Origin: a virus
Length of the DNA stretch: 64,000 nt
Virus record (IMG/VR): IMGVR_UViG_3300042197_004075
Location: 1 to 64,000 of that record
Reading direction: 5' to 3' (one strand)
Shown here: one piece after another, positions 49,157 through 58,322 of the stretch
How the letters are laid out: each line of letters opens with the position of its first letter
Numbering within the stretch: the first letter of the stretch is position 1
Translations under genes and position numbers: made by a program
The notes under the pieces: generated by a model
Told to the model about the DNA's origin: nothing
What the model saw: only the letters and a program-made list of their open reading frames with translations
Databases searched by the model: none

Positions 49157-51776
49157 GTCTTTGCAATGCATTTTTTATTTGCGGAAATGAACTCATTTTT
49201 TTCAATTTTAATATATTGGTAATTTTTTTTCTTATAGATTCATTTATCGTAAAAACTTGTGTGTGTAGATTATTCATAACATCATATTTTTCAGACAAAT
49301 TTGATTGAAGTGCAGCATTTCCGACTCTAAAATCACTTATGGACTGTAGCAATGATTCTAGTATTTGATTGTTGTTTTCAATAGTTTTTACTAAACTTTG
49401 AATTGCTCTATTGTAGACTGTACTTTCTGGATTAGCAAACTTAATTAACAATTGCATATCTTCCAAAGAAATAGCAGGTTTCATTCCATTTCTGATTTGT
49501 TGTAACAAAAGATATGCTTGTTTGTAATCAATTCTTGTGGATGCTACTGTACAATTTGCATCTGCGTCAGGGGTGCCCAGACGAACTATTTCGGTTTCAA
49601 CAGCAGAATCTAAGTCTTTGCCACTTCTCGTCACACCATTTATAAATGATGAGGCGCATAATTCAGCTGATGTACGAGCATCTGGCCCTGAAAATTTAGG
49701 AGTATAGGCGACCACTAAACGACTAAACAGTTGTAGTCTGTTTGGATTGACACCATCAGCATCAGCAATTCTATTTCTGTATTCAGCCCTGTTGGCAACA
49801 TCGTGCAACCTACCCTGATCAGCTTCCTCACCTTCAGTTGCTGGTTCAATAAACATAGCACCACTATAAAACCTGTTTATTATGTGTTTTATTCTATTGC
49901 AGTCATAAAAAACAGGTAATCTTCTTTGCTTAAATGTCCCACAACCAAAATCAAGTTGTATCATTCTCGTAAATAAATCATTAAGAATTTTTTTGACTTC
50001 ATTTACAGGATCGCTTTTAACACGAATGTAATTATCAGTTAGAAGTTCTGCACAATGATCGTGCAAACGCTTGTAGTCTATTTCGTTCATACATTTATGC
50101 CATTCAGACCATTCAAATGTAAATTCGGCTCCATGAGCTTTTTCTGTTTTTGTTGTCTTAAGTTTTTTCTCAAGATAATTAACAACCAACCTAGACATTG
50201 AATAATTGCCGTCTTCAGTTAAAACTGGTTGAAGAACTCCATCACCACTTGTTTCAAAATTATATTTTTTATAATCTAATATTGATCGTATATTTTGGAT
50301 TTTTGACAAGAAACCTGATTCTGTTGCAATAACACCAGATCGTTGAGGAGAATCTTGATTTGGAATTAAACCACCGCTGATAATTCTTAAATTCTTTTTC
50401 AAACTTGGGTCTTCTTTAAAACTATCCGGTGTTATCCACATAAATGGTCTATATTTACCTTTTTGTCCTTGTGGTAAATGCAAATCTTCATACCTGTGCA
50501 AATTACCTGTAGCATATTCTGAATCTTGTAAATCTGGTCTGTCGTGAATTGGATACAACATCCTTCCACGCTGTAAATCGGGGATTTCAATTATTTCTGG
50601 TTCACCATAAGAATCTCTGCGATTTTTTTTCCTCATCACTTTAACTTGTTTCATTTTGATGCGAGGAGGCAATTTTTCATCTGAATTGGTCTCGGCACTA
50701 TAACGAGGGAATCTGTTGTGTGGATCAACAAATGTGTTGTTTCTTCTCGCTATTCGCAACTCTGATTTACTTAAAACTATACTCAAATATTTATTTCTAC
50801 TTCTGTCTCTTAGGTATGTTTGAAGTTCTGTTAATCCTTTAAGCCTTGTAGCAGGAACTGAAATTTCAAGAATTCTATCTTTTATATATTGAATAATGCC
50901 AATTGCGCCTTTGACTGATCGAGCCAGTTCCTCAATATTTTCATCTCTTATCAAAGAAATCATTCTGTTGTACAATTCTCTGTTTGCAGAATACCATGTA
51001 ATTAAATTTCTTGCAGAAGAAAGATTTCTAAAAAAATTAAAATAGGTTTGCCACCAATGTTTTTCATAAAGTTCATTTACTTCTGTGCCATCAATATTGA
51101 TAAAATCTTTTTTTTCACTTTCTTTTGGTGCGACTGGTGGTAAATGATGCAAATCAGCCCCAGTAAATTCTATCCATCGTCTTAAAGCTTTTCGGATTGT
51201 ATCTCTGCTTGGGAACTGAAAACCTCTTGAGCTAAATTTTGATTTTGTTTGTTCATTTGTTATGTTATGAATTCTTACATTGGTTAAATCATATCCTTGT
51301 GGATTCATGGGACTTACTTCAAGTGATTTAACTAGTTCTTCAATATATGAATTTGCTTTTATAAACGCTTCGCTAGTTTTCCTTTCTGTTCTCCCATGTG
51401 AATAATTTAAAGCACGAACTGTAAAATCTATATCTCGATTTCGGACATTAATGTGATAGAATCTTTCTTCAGCCAAATTTATAGCTTGTAGTAAAGCTCT
51501 TTTCTTTTTAATTTGCAAATCTAAATCAACGCTCTCAAGATTTTTGAGAATTTCATGATATTTGGCTTGTACAAATTCATTATAGCCAGCTTTTTCTCGT
51601 TCAATTTCCCTATTTCGTAAACTACTATAAAGAACAGTATTGTATCTGAGCCACAATGCATCTACCCAATATTCTGCTGGGAATTGTTCAAGAAATGTTA
51701 TATCGCCACTTGAAACAGTAAACAGGAAAGGTTTTCTATTTACTGCACCAACTATGTACTCGTTAAATAAACGCAT
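49146..51776 (-). CDS. 876-aa hypothetical protein
   Basis: Long ORF, GAGG RBS, MRLFNEYI start; no recognised motif. Confidence 0.8.
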   Translation of the reverse strand: MRLFNEYIVGAVNRKPFLFTVSSGDITFLEQFPAEYWVDALWLRYNTVLYSSLRNREIEREKAGYNEFVQAKYHEILKNLESVDLDLQIKKKRALLQAINLAEERFYHINVRNRDIDFTVRALNYSHGRTERKTSEAFIKANSYIEELVKSLEVSPMNPQGYDLTNVRIHNITNEQTKSKFSSRGFQFPSRDTIRKALRRWIEFTGADLHHLPPVAPKESEKKDFINIDGTEVNELYEKHWWQTYFNFFRNLSSARNLITWYSANRELYNRMISLIRDENIEELARSVKGAIGIIQYIKDRILEISVPATRLKGLTELQTYLRDRSRNKYLSIVLSKSELRIARRNNTFVDPHNRFPRYSAETNSDEKLPPRIKMKQVKVMRKKNRRDSYGEPEIIEIPDLQRGRMLYPIHDRPDLQDSEYATGNLHRYEDLHLPQGQKGKYRPFMWITPDSFKEDPSLKKNLRIISGGLIPNQDSPQRSGVIATESGFLSKIQNIRSILDYKKYNFETSGDGVLQPVLTEDGNYSMSRLVVNYLEKKLKTTKTEKAHGAEFTFEWSEWHKCMNEIDYKRLHDHCAELLTDNYIRVKSDPVNEVKKILNDLFTRMIQLDFGCGTFKQRRLPVFYDCNRIKHIINRFYSGAMFIEPATEGEEADQGRLHDVANRAEYRNRIADADGVNPNRLQLFSRLVVAYTPKFSGPDARTSAELCASSFINGVTRSGKDLDSAVETEIVRLGTPDADANCTVASTRIDYKQAYLLLQQIRNGMKPAISLEDMQLLIKFANPESTVYNRAIQSLVKTIENNNQILESLLQSISDFRVGNAALQSNLSEKYDVMNNLHTQVFTINESIRKKITNILKLKKMSSFPQIKNALQRLIS

Positions 51777-51856
51777 TGAAATACCTCATTCGGTGTCAAA
51801 TTACGGCACCATTAGAATTATTTATAATTTTCACAACAAATTTGATAAATATCTTT

Positions 51857-52735
51857 ATGACAACTTGTACAAATGGCACTTTATATTTTCCTAGACCATC
51901 TAGTGCGACAAATTGTGGCACTAATTATAATTTGGGCGTGTCTGATCCGTTAGATATTGGTTCTCTTTCACCGAGACCTAATCGTGGAAAAATTAAATCT
52001 CAATTAAGAGATTATATCCTTTTAATGTTAGGGGCACCTGTAGTTACAGTTGAATTAGATGATCAACAACTTGATGCTGCCGTTGACCTATCATTACAGA
52101 TATATGAAGAATACGCTCCTAGGGAATTTTTTAAATATTATGTATTTCCTACAATACCGGGTAAGAGTGTTTATACACTTCCACCAGATATTGGTTATGT
52201 GAGACATGTATACTATAAAGAAATGGCAACTTTTAGTTTCTCTTCCTCAGACTTAGGTGGTGCAATACCAATTGAATATTTTTATCCCGGTGGCGCATAT
52301 GCTTCAATTACTGGTGGTTTAATCGATAGTGTTACTCCGATTTGGGGCCGTGTTGGAGAATGGAGTCTTTACAAAGGTTACGAGCGCACCTATGCTCGAT
52401 CAGCAAGTAATCTGGGTGGATGGGAATGGGTTGGAGGCTATCAAAACATAAAATTGTATCCAATACCTAGATCGGTACAGGGAGTCATTGTACATTATGT
52501 GCAGAAAAATAACGACTGGCCAAGAGTTAATCAAGCTATGCAAGAAGGCGCACTATGTTTTGCAAAAATTATGCTTGGCAGAATAAGAGGCAAATTTACG
52601 ACACTTCCCGGCGCACAAGGTGGTGTGCAGTTGGATGGTAAAGACCTATTGACTGAAGGTATGCAAGAGAAAAAAGATTGGGAAGAAAGATTAATTACAA
52701 GATACGGCGACACATTGCCAATCACATTTGGATAA
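51857..52735 (+). CDS. Neck protein (T4 gp13-like)
   Basis: LRDYIL..LGAPVV.VELDD.QLD..V, AK..LG..R.KF..LPG..GV.LDG. Confidence 0.88.
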   Translation: MTTCTNGTLYFPRPSSATNCGTNYNLGVSDPLDIGSLSPRPNRGKIKSQLRDYILLMLGAPVVTVELDDQQLDAAVDLSLQIYEEYAPREFFKYYVFPTIPGKSVYTLPPDIGYVRHVYYKEMATFSFSSSDLGGAIPIEYFYPGGAYASITGGLIDSVTPIWGRVGEWSLYKGYERTYARSASNLGGWEWVGGYQNIKLYPIPRSVQGVIVHYVQKNNDWPRVNQAMQEGALCFAKIMLGRIRGKFTTLPGAQGGVQLDGKDLLTEGMQEKKDWEERLITRYGDTLPITFG

Positions 52736-52745
52736 TAGGAAAAAT

Positions 52746-53210
52746 ATGTTAAGTTGGAAAAATTATAAATCTATTGTTTCAGAAGCAGTACAAAATGTAC
52801 GCTATTCTGTTGAAATTAATTATGATACTTCACAAATAGACGCAGTAAGTGGATTTACAAAAATTTGTTTGGGATACATAAGTGCCGCACTTAAGAAGAT
52901 GGATTTTCATACAAAAATTATTCTTACACAAAAACCATTTAGAGTTATAGTCGCATCAAGAAATTGGGATGATGGTGAGTGGGTTGGCATGATAAGTTAT
53001 AATGATGAACTAGATTGCTTTGTTGTTTCAAGAGGATACTACAATAAAATGAACAAGACTGTAAGGGTTGAAAAAACTGTACAAATGCCTCTTGAATATA
53101 GTGCAAAAGACATTTCTAAGTATGTTTTCCAAATGATGAAAGATTTAAAAGGTGTAAAAGATAAGCACTCTCCTGAACACAGGAAAGTGCATCTCAGGAA
53201 AAATTCTTAA
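52746..53210 (+). CDS. Hypothetical protein
   Basis: AGGA RBS; MLSWKNYKSIVSE start. Confidence 0.7.
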   Translation: MLSWKNYKSIVSEAVQNVRYSVEINYDTSQIDAVSGFTKICLGYISAALKKMDFHTKIILTQKPFRVIVASRNWDDGEWVGMISYNDELDCFVVSRGYYNKMNKTVRVEKTVQMPLEYSAKDISKYVFQMMKDLKGVKDKHSPEHRKVHLRKNS

Positions 53211-53212
53211 AT

Positions 53213-53587
53213 TTACTCTGAAATAATTGTAATGCCGTCAGACGGACCTTCGTTGAGTAGAATTTCTCCTTCTTCATTGTTGGTTGCATCCGAAAGAACT
53301 TCCTTCTTTGTTTTGCAAACAACATTCTCAACTTTACCATGATATGTAACTGTGGCTGGTTGTTCAGTAATTAGTTTTTCTTCCATTTTTACCTCTTTTG
53401 GTTTCAAAGGCCCAATATATCTAATCATTCCAGTCTTAACATACTCAAGAAAACTAGAATCAGCAACAAATTGTTTTTTTGAATTAATTAAATTAAATCC
53501 TTGAAAACTTGGTTTTGGTAATTGCAAATCATACTTGTGATGATTTTCAAAAATATGTAATTCGACATTGTTTGGATTTTTAATCAT
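53213..53587 (-). CDS. Hypothetical protein
   Basis: AGGTG RBS. Confidence 0.7.
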   Translation of the reverse strand: MIKNPNNVELHIFENHHKYDLQLPKPSFQGFNLINSKKQFVADSSFLEYVKTGMIRYIGPLKPKEVKMEEKLITEQPATVTYHGKVENVVCKTKKEVLSDATNNEEGEILLNEGPSDGITIISE

Positions 53588-53636
53588 TTTTCACCTACTA
53601 ATATAATAGTATTATAATCAATTTTTTGGTGCATAT

Positions 53637-53981
53637 ATGAAAAAATTAATTGAATGGCATGAAATTTATCCACAAGGCACACAGGAAGGGGATGAAGAAG
53701 CTGCTGTATTTATTGCTCTTACTAGAAACAAAAAGTGGCGTAATTGGCGTAGTGTCACAGCAATATCAAAAGAAACAAAACTAAAACCAGAAATTATTGA
53801 AAGAATTATTTATAAATACTTCAAAATTGGATTAATAATTCAAAATCCAAAGAATGCAGAATTTTGGGGCTATATTTATTGTAATCCTGAAGACGCTCCA
53901 GAAAAAGATATTTCAGTAGTTGATTACGAGAAATACAAAATAATAACAAAACGAAGTCTTAATAAACTCACTAATTCGTAG
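53637..53981 (+). CDS. Putative winged-helix protein
   Basis: RSVTAISKETKLKPEIIERII.KY.K.GLI. Confidence 0.65.
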   Translation: MKKLIEWHEIYPQGTQEGDEEAAVFIALTRNKKWRNWRSVTAISKETKLKPEIIERIIYKYFKIGLIIQNPKNAEFWGYIYCNPEDAPEKDISVVDYEKYKIITKRSLNKLTNS

Positions 53982-53995
53982 CAATAGTAAAATAA

Positions 53996-54029
53996 ATATA
54001 GAGCATCAGTTTGTGCTGATGCTCTATAT
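53996..54029. terminator. Bidirectional terminator between convergent genes
   Basis: 14-bp stem ATATAGAGCATCAG/CTGATGCTCTATAT. Confidence 0.75.
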
Positions 54030-54053
54030 GTTTTCAATAAAAAACCTAAATAA

Positions 54054-54269
54054 TTAGTTGGCTTCTGAAGGTCCGCCCTTTGCTACTTTAGTTGCCTGAA
54101 GTTTAAATGGCGCATCAGCAGCAATAGGTGTAAAATAGTTATTTGGATACTGCGCTCTTACATAAGCGTCAGGATAAGCATATGGAGCAAGACCACCTCT
54201 TTTTGCGTTCTCGCTCACAGTTGGAACGGACAAATTATTATCAGCAGCCCAATCGGAAAATGTTTTCAT
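54054..54269 (-). CDS. Small hypothetical protein, candidate internal head protein
   Basis: MKTFSDW start; GAGGAG RBS; TAAATA at 54292-54297 (minus). Confidence 0.75.
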   Translation of the reverse strand: MKTFSDWAADNNLSVPTVSENAKRGGLAPYAYPDAYVRAQYPNNYFTPIAADAPFKLQATKVAKGGPSEAN

Positions 54270-54327
54270 AATAAATCTCCTCAACAGTATGTATTTAGGA
54301 AGATAAGTTTTTTTACTTATTTATTGC

Positions 54328-54900
54328 ATGAGTAAAATTTTTTTAAAATATCACCCCGCTGAAATAATTGAGAAAGAACCATCTTTAATTTTTGAAGAAT
54401 ATCGTGGATGTAGCTCATGTAACACATTTATGATGCCTGAATTTTTTCCAACATCTGACTCAAAAGTTTGTATATTTTGTCATCGCAGAATAAAAAATAA
54501 TAAAAACTTTACTTTATTTACATTCAAAAATATTTTTTTATTTCTTTCCAAATTTGGTTTTGACTCTAAAGTTTTAACTAAAATAGAATCAAAACAAATT
54601 AAAATTCTTATGAAAGAAGATTGTTTTGATTATGTTGATCAAAATATGATTTGGTATGTTAACAAAGATGAATTAACAAATGCCAGCAAAAGTTTAATTG
54701 ATAGTGTGTATGAAAATTTTGTTAAACTTGAAATAATTGATTCAAAAGTATGGAATATGCATATGGAAAATTTGAAGGGTAAATTATTTTCACAGCACAA
54801 GAATATTGAAAAACTAATTATGCCAAAATTTCTTGCTTCAAATCCGTATTTTGATAGCAGAGCATCAAAATTTTTGAATAGGAATCACATTTTTTCTTGA
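54328..54900 (+). CDS. Hypothetical Zn-finger protein
   Basis: CSSC...CIFC. Confidence 0.65.
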   Translation: MSKIFLKYHPAEIIEKEPSLIFEEYRGCSSCNTFMMPEFFPTSDSKVCIFCHRRIKNNKNFTLFTFKNIFLFLSKFGFDSKVLTKIESKQIKILMKEDCFDYVDQNMIWYVNKDELTNASKSLIDSVYENFVKLEIIDSKVWNMHMENLKGKLFSQHKNIEKLIMPKFLASNPYFDSRASKFLNRNHIFS

Positions 54901-54964
54901 TTTTGTTATTTTATCAACTAAATTAATCCTGAGCTTTTTTTGCTCAACCCTTTTGGAGAATTAT

Positions 54965-55345
54965 ATGACAACTGAAAAGACTGCATCGAAGAAGCGAACG
55001 ATTAACAATAACAGGCCAAGTGCCAAGATTCTAGCGAACGCTATTCGCTTTAAGGTCACCACTAAGCTGAAGAACAACAGCGAAGTGTATGAAGCAACCG
55101 CTAACATCCCCGGTTTTCAACCAACGAAGGTTGTTCGCACAGATGGTTCGACTGTCTTTACTACTCGCAGCAGCCTCACGAAGGCTTGCCGAGATCGTGC
55201 AGCACAATATAAGCGAACACCAGTTTTTGATTACGGAACAATTTCAACAACCACCAAGGCAAAAATTGTGCAACGAGTAAGCGGAAAGGTTCCCGCTGCA
55301 ACTGCTGGTGCCTGTCCTGTTACTGGCGCAGTTGCACGATCATAA
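54965..55345 (+). CDS. Small basic protein, possible nucleic-acid binder
   Basis: GGAG RBS; K/R/T-rich; own promoter-like motif and terminator. Confidence 0.75.
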   Translation: MTTEKTASKKRTINNNRPSAKILANAIRFKVTTKLKNNSEVYEATANIPGFQPTKVVRTDGSTVFTTRSSLTKACRDRAAQYKRTPVFDYGTISTTTKAKIVQRVSGKVPAATAGACPVTGAVARS

Positions 55346-56794
55346 ATCTAAATCTTTGATAGCAAACCCAATCGTTTCCCTAAACGATTGGGTTCTTTCT
55401 TTTCTATAAATTTTGACATTTTTGTACCAATCTGTCGTTGCGCCAAATTTACCCCAACGCCAGTCTGGTTTATCTGAACAAAATAAAATTACTGGAGTCC
55501 CAACTCCCCCAGCAATATGAACGGGCAAACTATCAACAGACATGATCAAATCCATTTCTGACATTAATTTTGCTGTTGCACTTATATCTGTTAGTTTATC
55601 AGCCAAGTCTATTATGTTATACTTTTCAAAATCTTTACTGAAATCTACTGGCTCTTTTTGATGCGGATATTTTCTAGCTCGTCTATCTTTTTGAAATGAA
55701 TAGATTTCATGTTTTTCAAAATCAAGTTGATCAGCAAAATCTGTGAAAAATGTACTTCTTTGATAGTCCATAGGAGCGGCAGGATTTCCCGCCCAAATTA
55801 ATCCAATTTTTTTCTTTTTATTTTTTGGATAATTATAGTCACAAATTTTGTAAGCATCAGGAATAGTTTCAATTCCTAGATGAAAAGGCAAACTTAAAAG
55901 TGATATTCCAAGTTTTGTGTCGGAATTAATTTGTGGTTTCCATCTAATTTTGTCTGTCATTATTGAAATAAAGTTTTCAGGAGCGAAGAAATATGAATTC
56001 TTATAAATGCTTTGAAATTTTTCAAGAAAGCGCAAGTACATCAGGTTATCGCCAGCACCTTGCTCACAGAATACTACAAATTTCAAATCTTCTGACAAAT
56101 TGTCTGGCTTTAACAAATTATTTACGATCATAAATTTTATTAAATTATCATAACAGTAATATCTTTCTTCATAATAAGTCCATGCTTCCTTATACTTTTT
56201 TTGGAAAGCTAAACAATGGAATAAATCTACGCTAATTTCTTTGTCGCAACTTGGAATAGCAACAGCAGTTTTAAAGCATTTTTCAGCATCTTGATACTTA
56301 CTCATTTCTGCAAGACAGCAACCTTTGTTTGCGTGATGAAACCATTCGCCTGATTTCATTTGAAGTGCGTTATCAATAAATTCAAGTGCTTCATTATATC
56401 GATTTAATCTAGATAGTGTCAAAGCATGATTTGATCTAAATACTGCCTTGTCAGGGTTCATCTCAATAGCTTTTAAGGAATAAACCAAAGATTCTTCCAT
56501 TCTATTATTGTTGTTTAAAAATAAAGCGTAATTATTGAAGTCATCTGGATTGTTATAATTTCTGCAAAGCTCAAGGTATAGTTTTTCAGCCTCTTCTAGC
56601 TTATTCAATTTTGTTTTTACCAAAGATAGAAGTTGATAAAAACAATGTCGATCAGATACTTTTATAGTCTGCTCAAGAAGTTGTTCAGAAGTTTTATAAT
56701 CTCTGGCTTTAAGATAATAGGTTACTGTTTGAAACGCTTTGTCGAGAAGTTCATCAAGATCAATAGTTTCACAATTTTTGTCATTATTGTTCAT
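55340..56794 (-). CDS. TPR-repeat + glycosyltransferase family 9-like protein
   Basis: N-terminal TPRs, YEER, EQGAGD, LLSLP, IGLIWAGNP, SVDS..VHIAG..G, DWRW. Confidence 0.88.
   Translation of the reverse strand: MNNNDKNCETIDLDELLDKAFQTVTYYLKARDYKTSEQLLEQTIKVSDRHCFYQLLSLVKTKLNKLEEAEKLYLELCRNYNNPDDFNNYALFLNNNNRMEESLVYSLKAIEMNPDKAVFRSNHALTLSRLNRYNEALEFIDNALQMKSGEWFHHANKGCCLAEMSKYQDAEKCFKTAVAIPSCDKEISVDLFHCLAFQKKYKEAWTYYEERYYCYDNLIKFMIVNNLLKPDNLSEDLKFVVFCEQGAGDNLMYLRFLEKFQSIYKNSYFFAPENFISIMTDKIRWKPQINSDTKLGISLLSLPFHLGIETIPDAYKICDYNYPKNKKKKIGLIWAGNPAAPMDYQRSTFFTDFADQLDFEKHEIYSFQKDRRARKYPHQKEPVDFSKDFEKYNIIDLADKLTDISATAKLMSEMDLIMSVDSLPVHIAGGVGTPVILFCSDKPDWRWGKFGATTDWYKNVKIYRKERTQSFRETIGFAIKDLDL
55365..55404 (+). 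terminator. Intrinsic terminator inside the 3' end of the convergent gene
   Basis: 13-bp stem AACCCAATCGTTT/AAACGATTGGGTT followed by a pyrimidine run. Confidence 0.7.
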
Positions 56795-56837
56795 GTTTTT
56801 TGCTCCACTATCATAAATAGAGTAGGGGGCAAAATAT

Positions 56838-57143
56838 ATGGGTTGTGGATGCAGAAAAAATAAAGGTGCTTTACCCGCAAGAAATGTCAACTTAAACCCT
56901 ATTAGAAATGTTGTTTCTGGTGGGAGAAATATAGTTGCTCCTCAACCACAACAGGCCAATATTGTACCGCAAAACAATCCTTCTAAATCAAATCAACCAC
57001 AGGCAAAACCGGGTGCTGATCCCAAAGTTGCCAATATGAATCTCAATGTCCAAAAAAATCCACAAACTACTGGTATGACAAAAGAAAGGCTCGAAATAGA
57101 AAAAAGAAGAAGAGAAGCTATTAGGCGAGCTTTAGGAAAATAG
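56838..57143 (+). CDS. Hypothetical protein (MGCGC start)
   Basis: TAAATA upstream; Q/N/P-rich middle, basic tail. Confidence 0.7.
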   Translation: MGCGCRKNKGALPARNVNLNPIRNVVSGGRNIVAPQPQQANIVPQNNPSKSNQPQAKPGADPKVANMNLNVQKNPQTTGMTKERLEIEKRRREAIRRALGK

Positions 57144-57185
57144 TTGTTGTTGGATAAATAATTTATTCAAGATTGGAGACATAAA

Positions 57186-58268
57186 ATGATTAATTATGAT
57201 AAATGGAAACTTCTTAATGAAAACTTCATGATTTCACAACCAATTGGTGGAATCAAATCTAATAATGGTTTCCTCGCATATAACAAGTTACACGAAGATG
57301 AAGAAATTGAGGAAGAAGAAGTCGAAGAAGAAGACATGGATGATGAAGGCGAAGAAGACATGGAAGACATGGATGACGAAGGCGACGAAGACATGGAAGA
57401 CATGGATGACGAAGGCGACGAAGACATGGAAGACATGGATGACGAAGGCGACGAAGACATGGATGACGAAGATATGGATGACATGGATGACGAAGATATG
57501 GATGACATGGATGACGAAGGCGGCGAAGACATCGATGACATGGATGACGAAGATGAACACCTAATGGGTCGTGTTCGTAGCATTCACCATCCTGATGCTC
57601 ATAAGCATAAGCATCCTAAGCATCGTGAGCATATGCATGATCGTCCACATCATAAAATGGATGTTGATGAAATTGATTTTGCTAATGCTGCTTCTGAAAA
57701 ATATAGTAAGATGTATGCTAGCTGCGAATCAATGGATTACAAGCTTCCTCCTATGAATGAGTGGCTTGCTAGCGTTAATGGCCAAATGTTTCCAGAACAA
57801 CTTCAGGAATACATCGGTAAGAAAGATGTGTCCATTAATGAGGCTCAAGAAGAAAAATTGACAGGCAAAATGACACAACTAAATCAAAAAATTGATCAAC
57901 TTGCAGAAAAACAGTCAATAACTAGAGTTGAGTTCATGTCTGCTATAAGACATTTCATTCAGGCTCTTGAGCCAAAAGTTTCAGGTGGATTGCCATCAAT
58001 GGCTAAGAGAAGACTTGATCAATTCCTTGAAGAAGTTGCTAAAGTAGTAGAAGACGGCGATTCCAAAAAAGAAGAACCTTCAGAAATGAAGCACATGAAA
58101 AAGGGCAAGGATAAATGTGGTTATTCCATGCGTATGATGGGTATGAATAAGGGTAAAGTTCACCCCAAGCACATGAAAATGTCAAAGAAAAAAATGGGCA
58201 AAGGTTGCATGGATGCCAAGATGAAAGGTCATATGAAATCCCACATGAAAAAAGGCTGGAAGGGTTGA
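57186..58268 (+). CDS. Acidic/His-rich/Lys-Met-rich protein, candidate prohead core protein
   Basis: GGAG RBS; TAAATA at 57155; block-wise composition. Confidence 0.8.
   Translation: MINYDKWKLLNENFMISQPIGGIKSNNGFLAYNKLHEDEEIEEEEVEEEDMDDEGEEDMEDMDDEGDEDMEDMDDEGDEDMEDMDDEGDEDMDDEDMDDMDDEDMDDMDDEGGEDIDDMDDEDEHLMGRVRSIHHPDAHKHKHPKHREHMHDRPHHKMDVDEIDFANAASEKYSKMYASCESMDYKLPPMNEWLASVNGQMFPEQLQEYIGKKDVSINEAQEEKLTGKMTQLNQKIDQLAEKQSITRVEFMSAIRHFIQALEPKVSGGLPSMAKRRLDQFLEEVAKVVEDGDSKKEEPSEMKHMKKGKDKCGYSMRMMGMNKGKVHPKHMKMSKKKMGKGCMDAKMKGHMKSHMKKGWKG
57333..57556 (+). repeat. Coding tandem repeats (33-bp x3 and 24-bp x2 plus degenerate copies)
   Basis: DMEDMDDEGDE and DMDDMDDE units; boundaries approximate. 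Confidence 0.85.
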
Positions 58269-58289
58269 GGAGCCAGCTAAATTAGCCGA

Positions 58290-58322
58290 ATAAAAGCCAT
58301 AGTAGTTTACTATGGCTTTTAT
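58290..58322. terminator. Bidirectional terminator
   Basis: 15-bp stem ATAAAAGCCATAGTA/TACTATGGCTTTTAT between convergent genes. Confidence 0.8.

Noticed and set aside
57194-57583. Alternative-frame ORFs (poly-Ser, TWMTK, VIHVF repeats)
   Set aside because: Shadows of the coding repeat in 57186-58268, which has the RBS and promoter box
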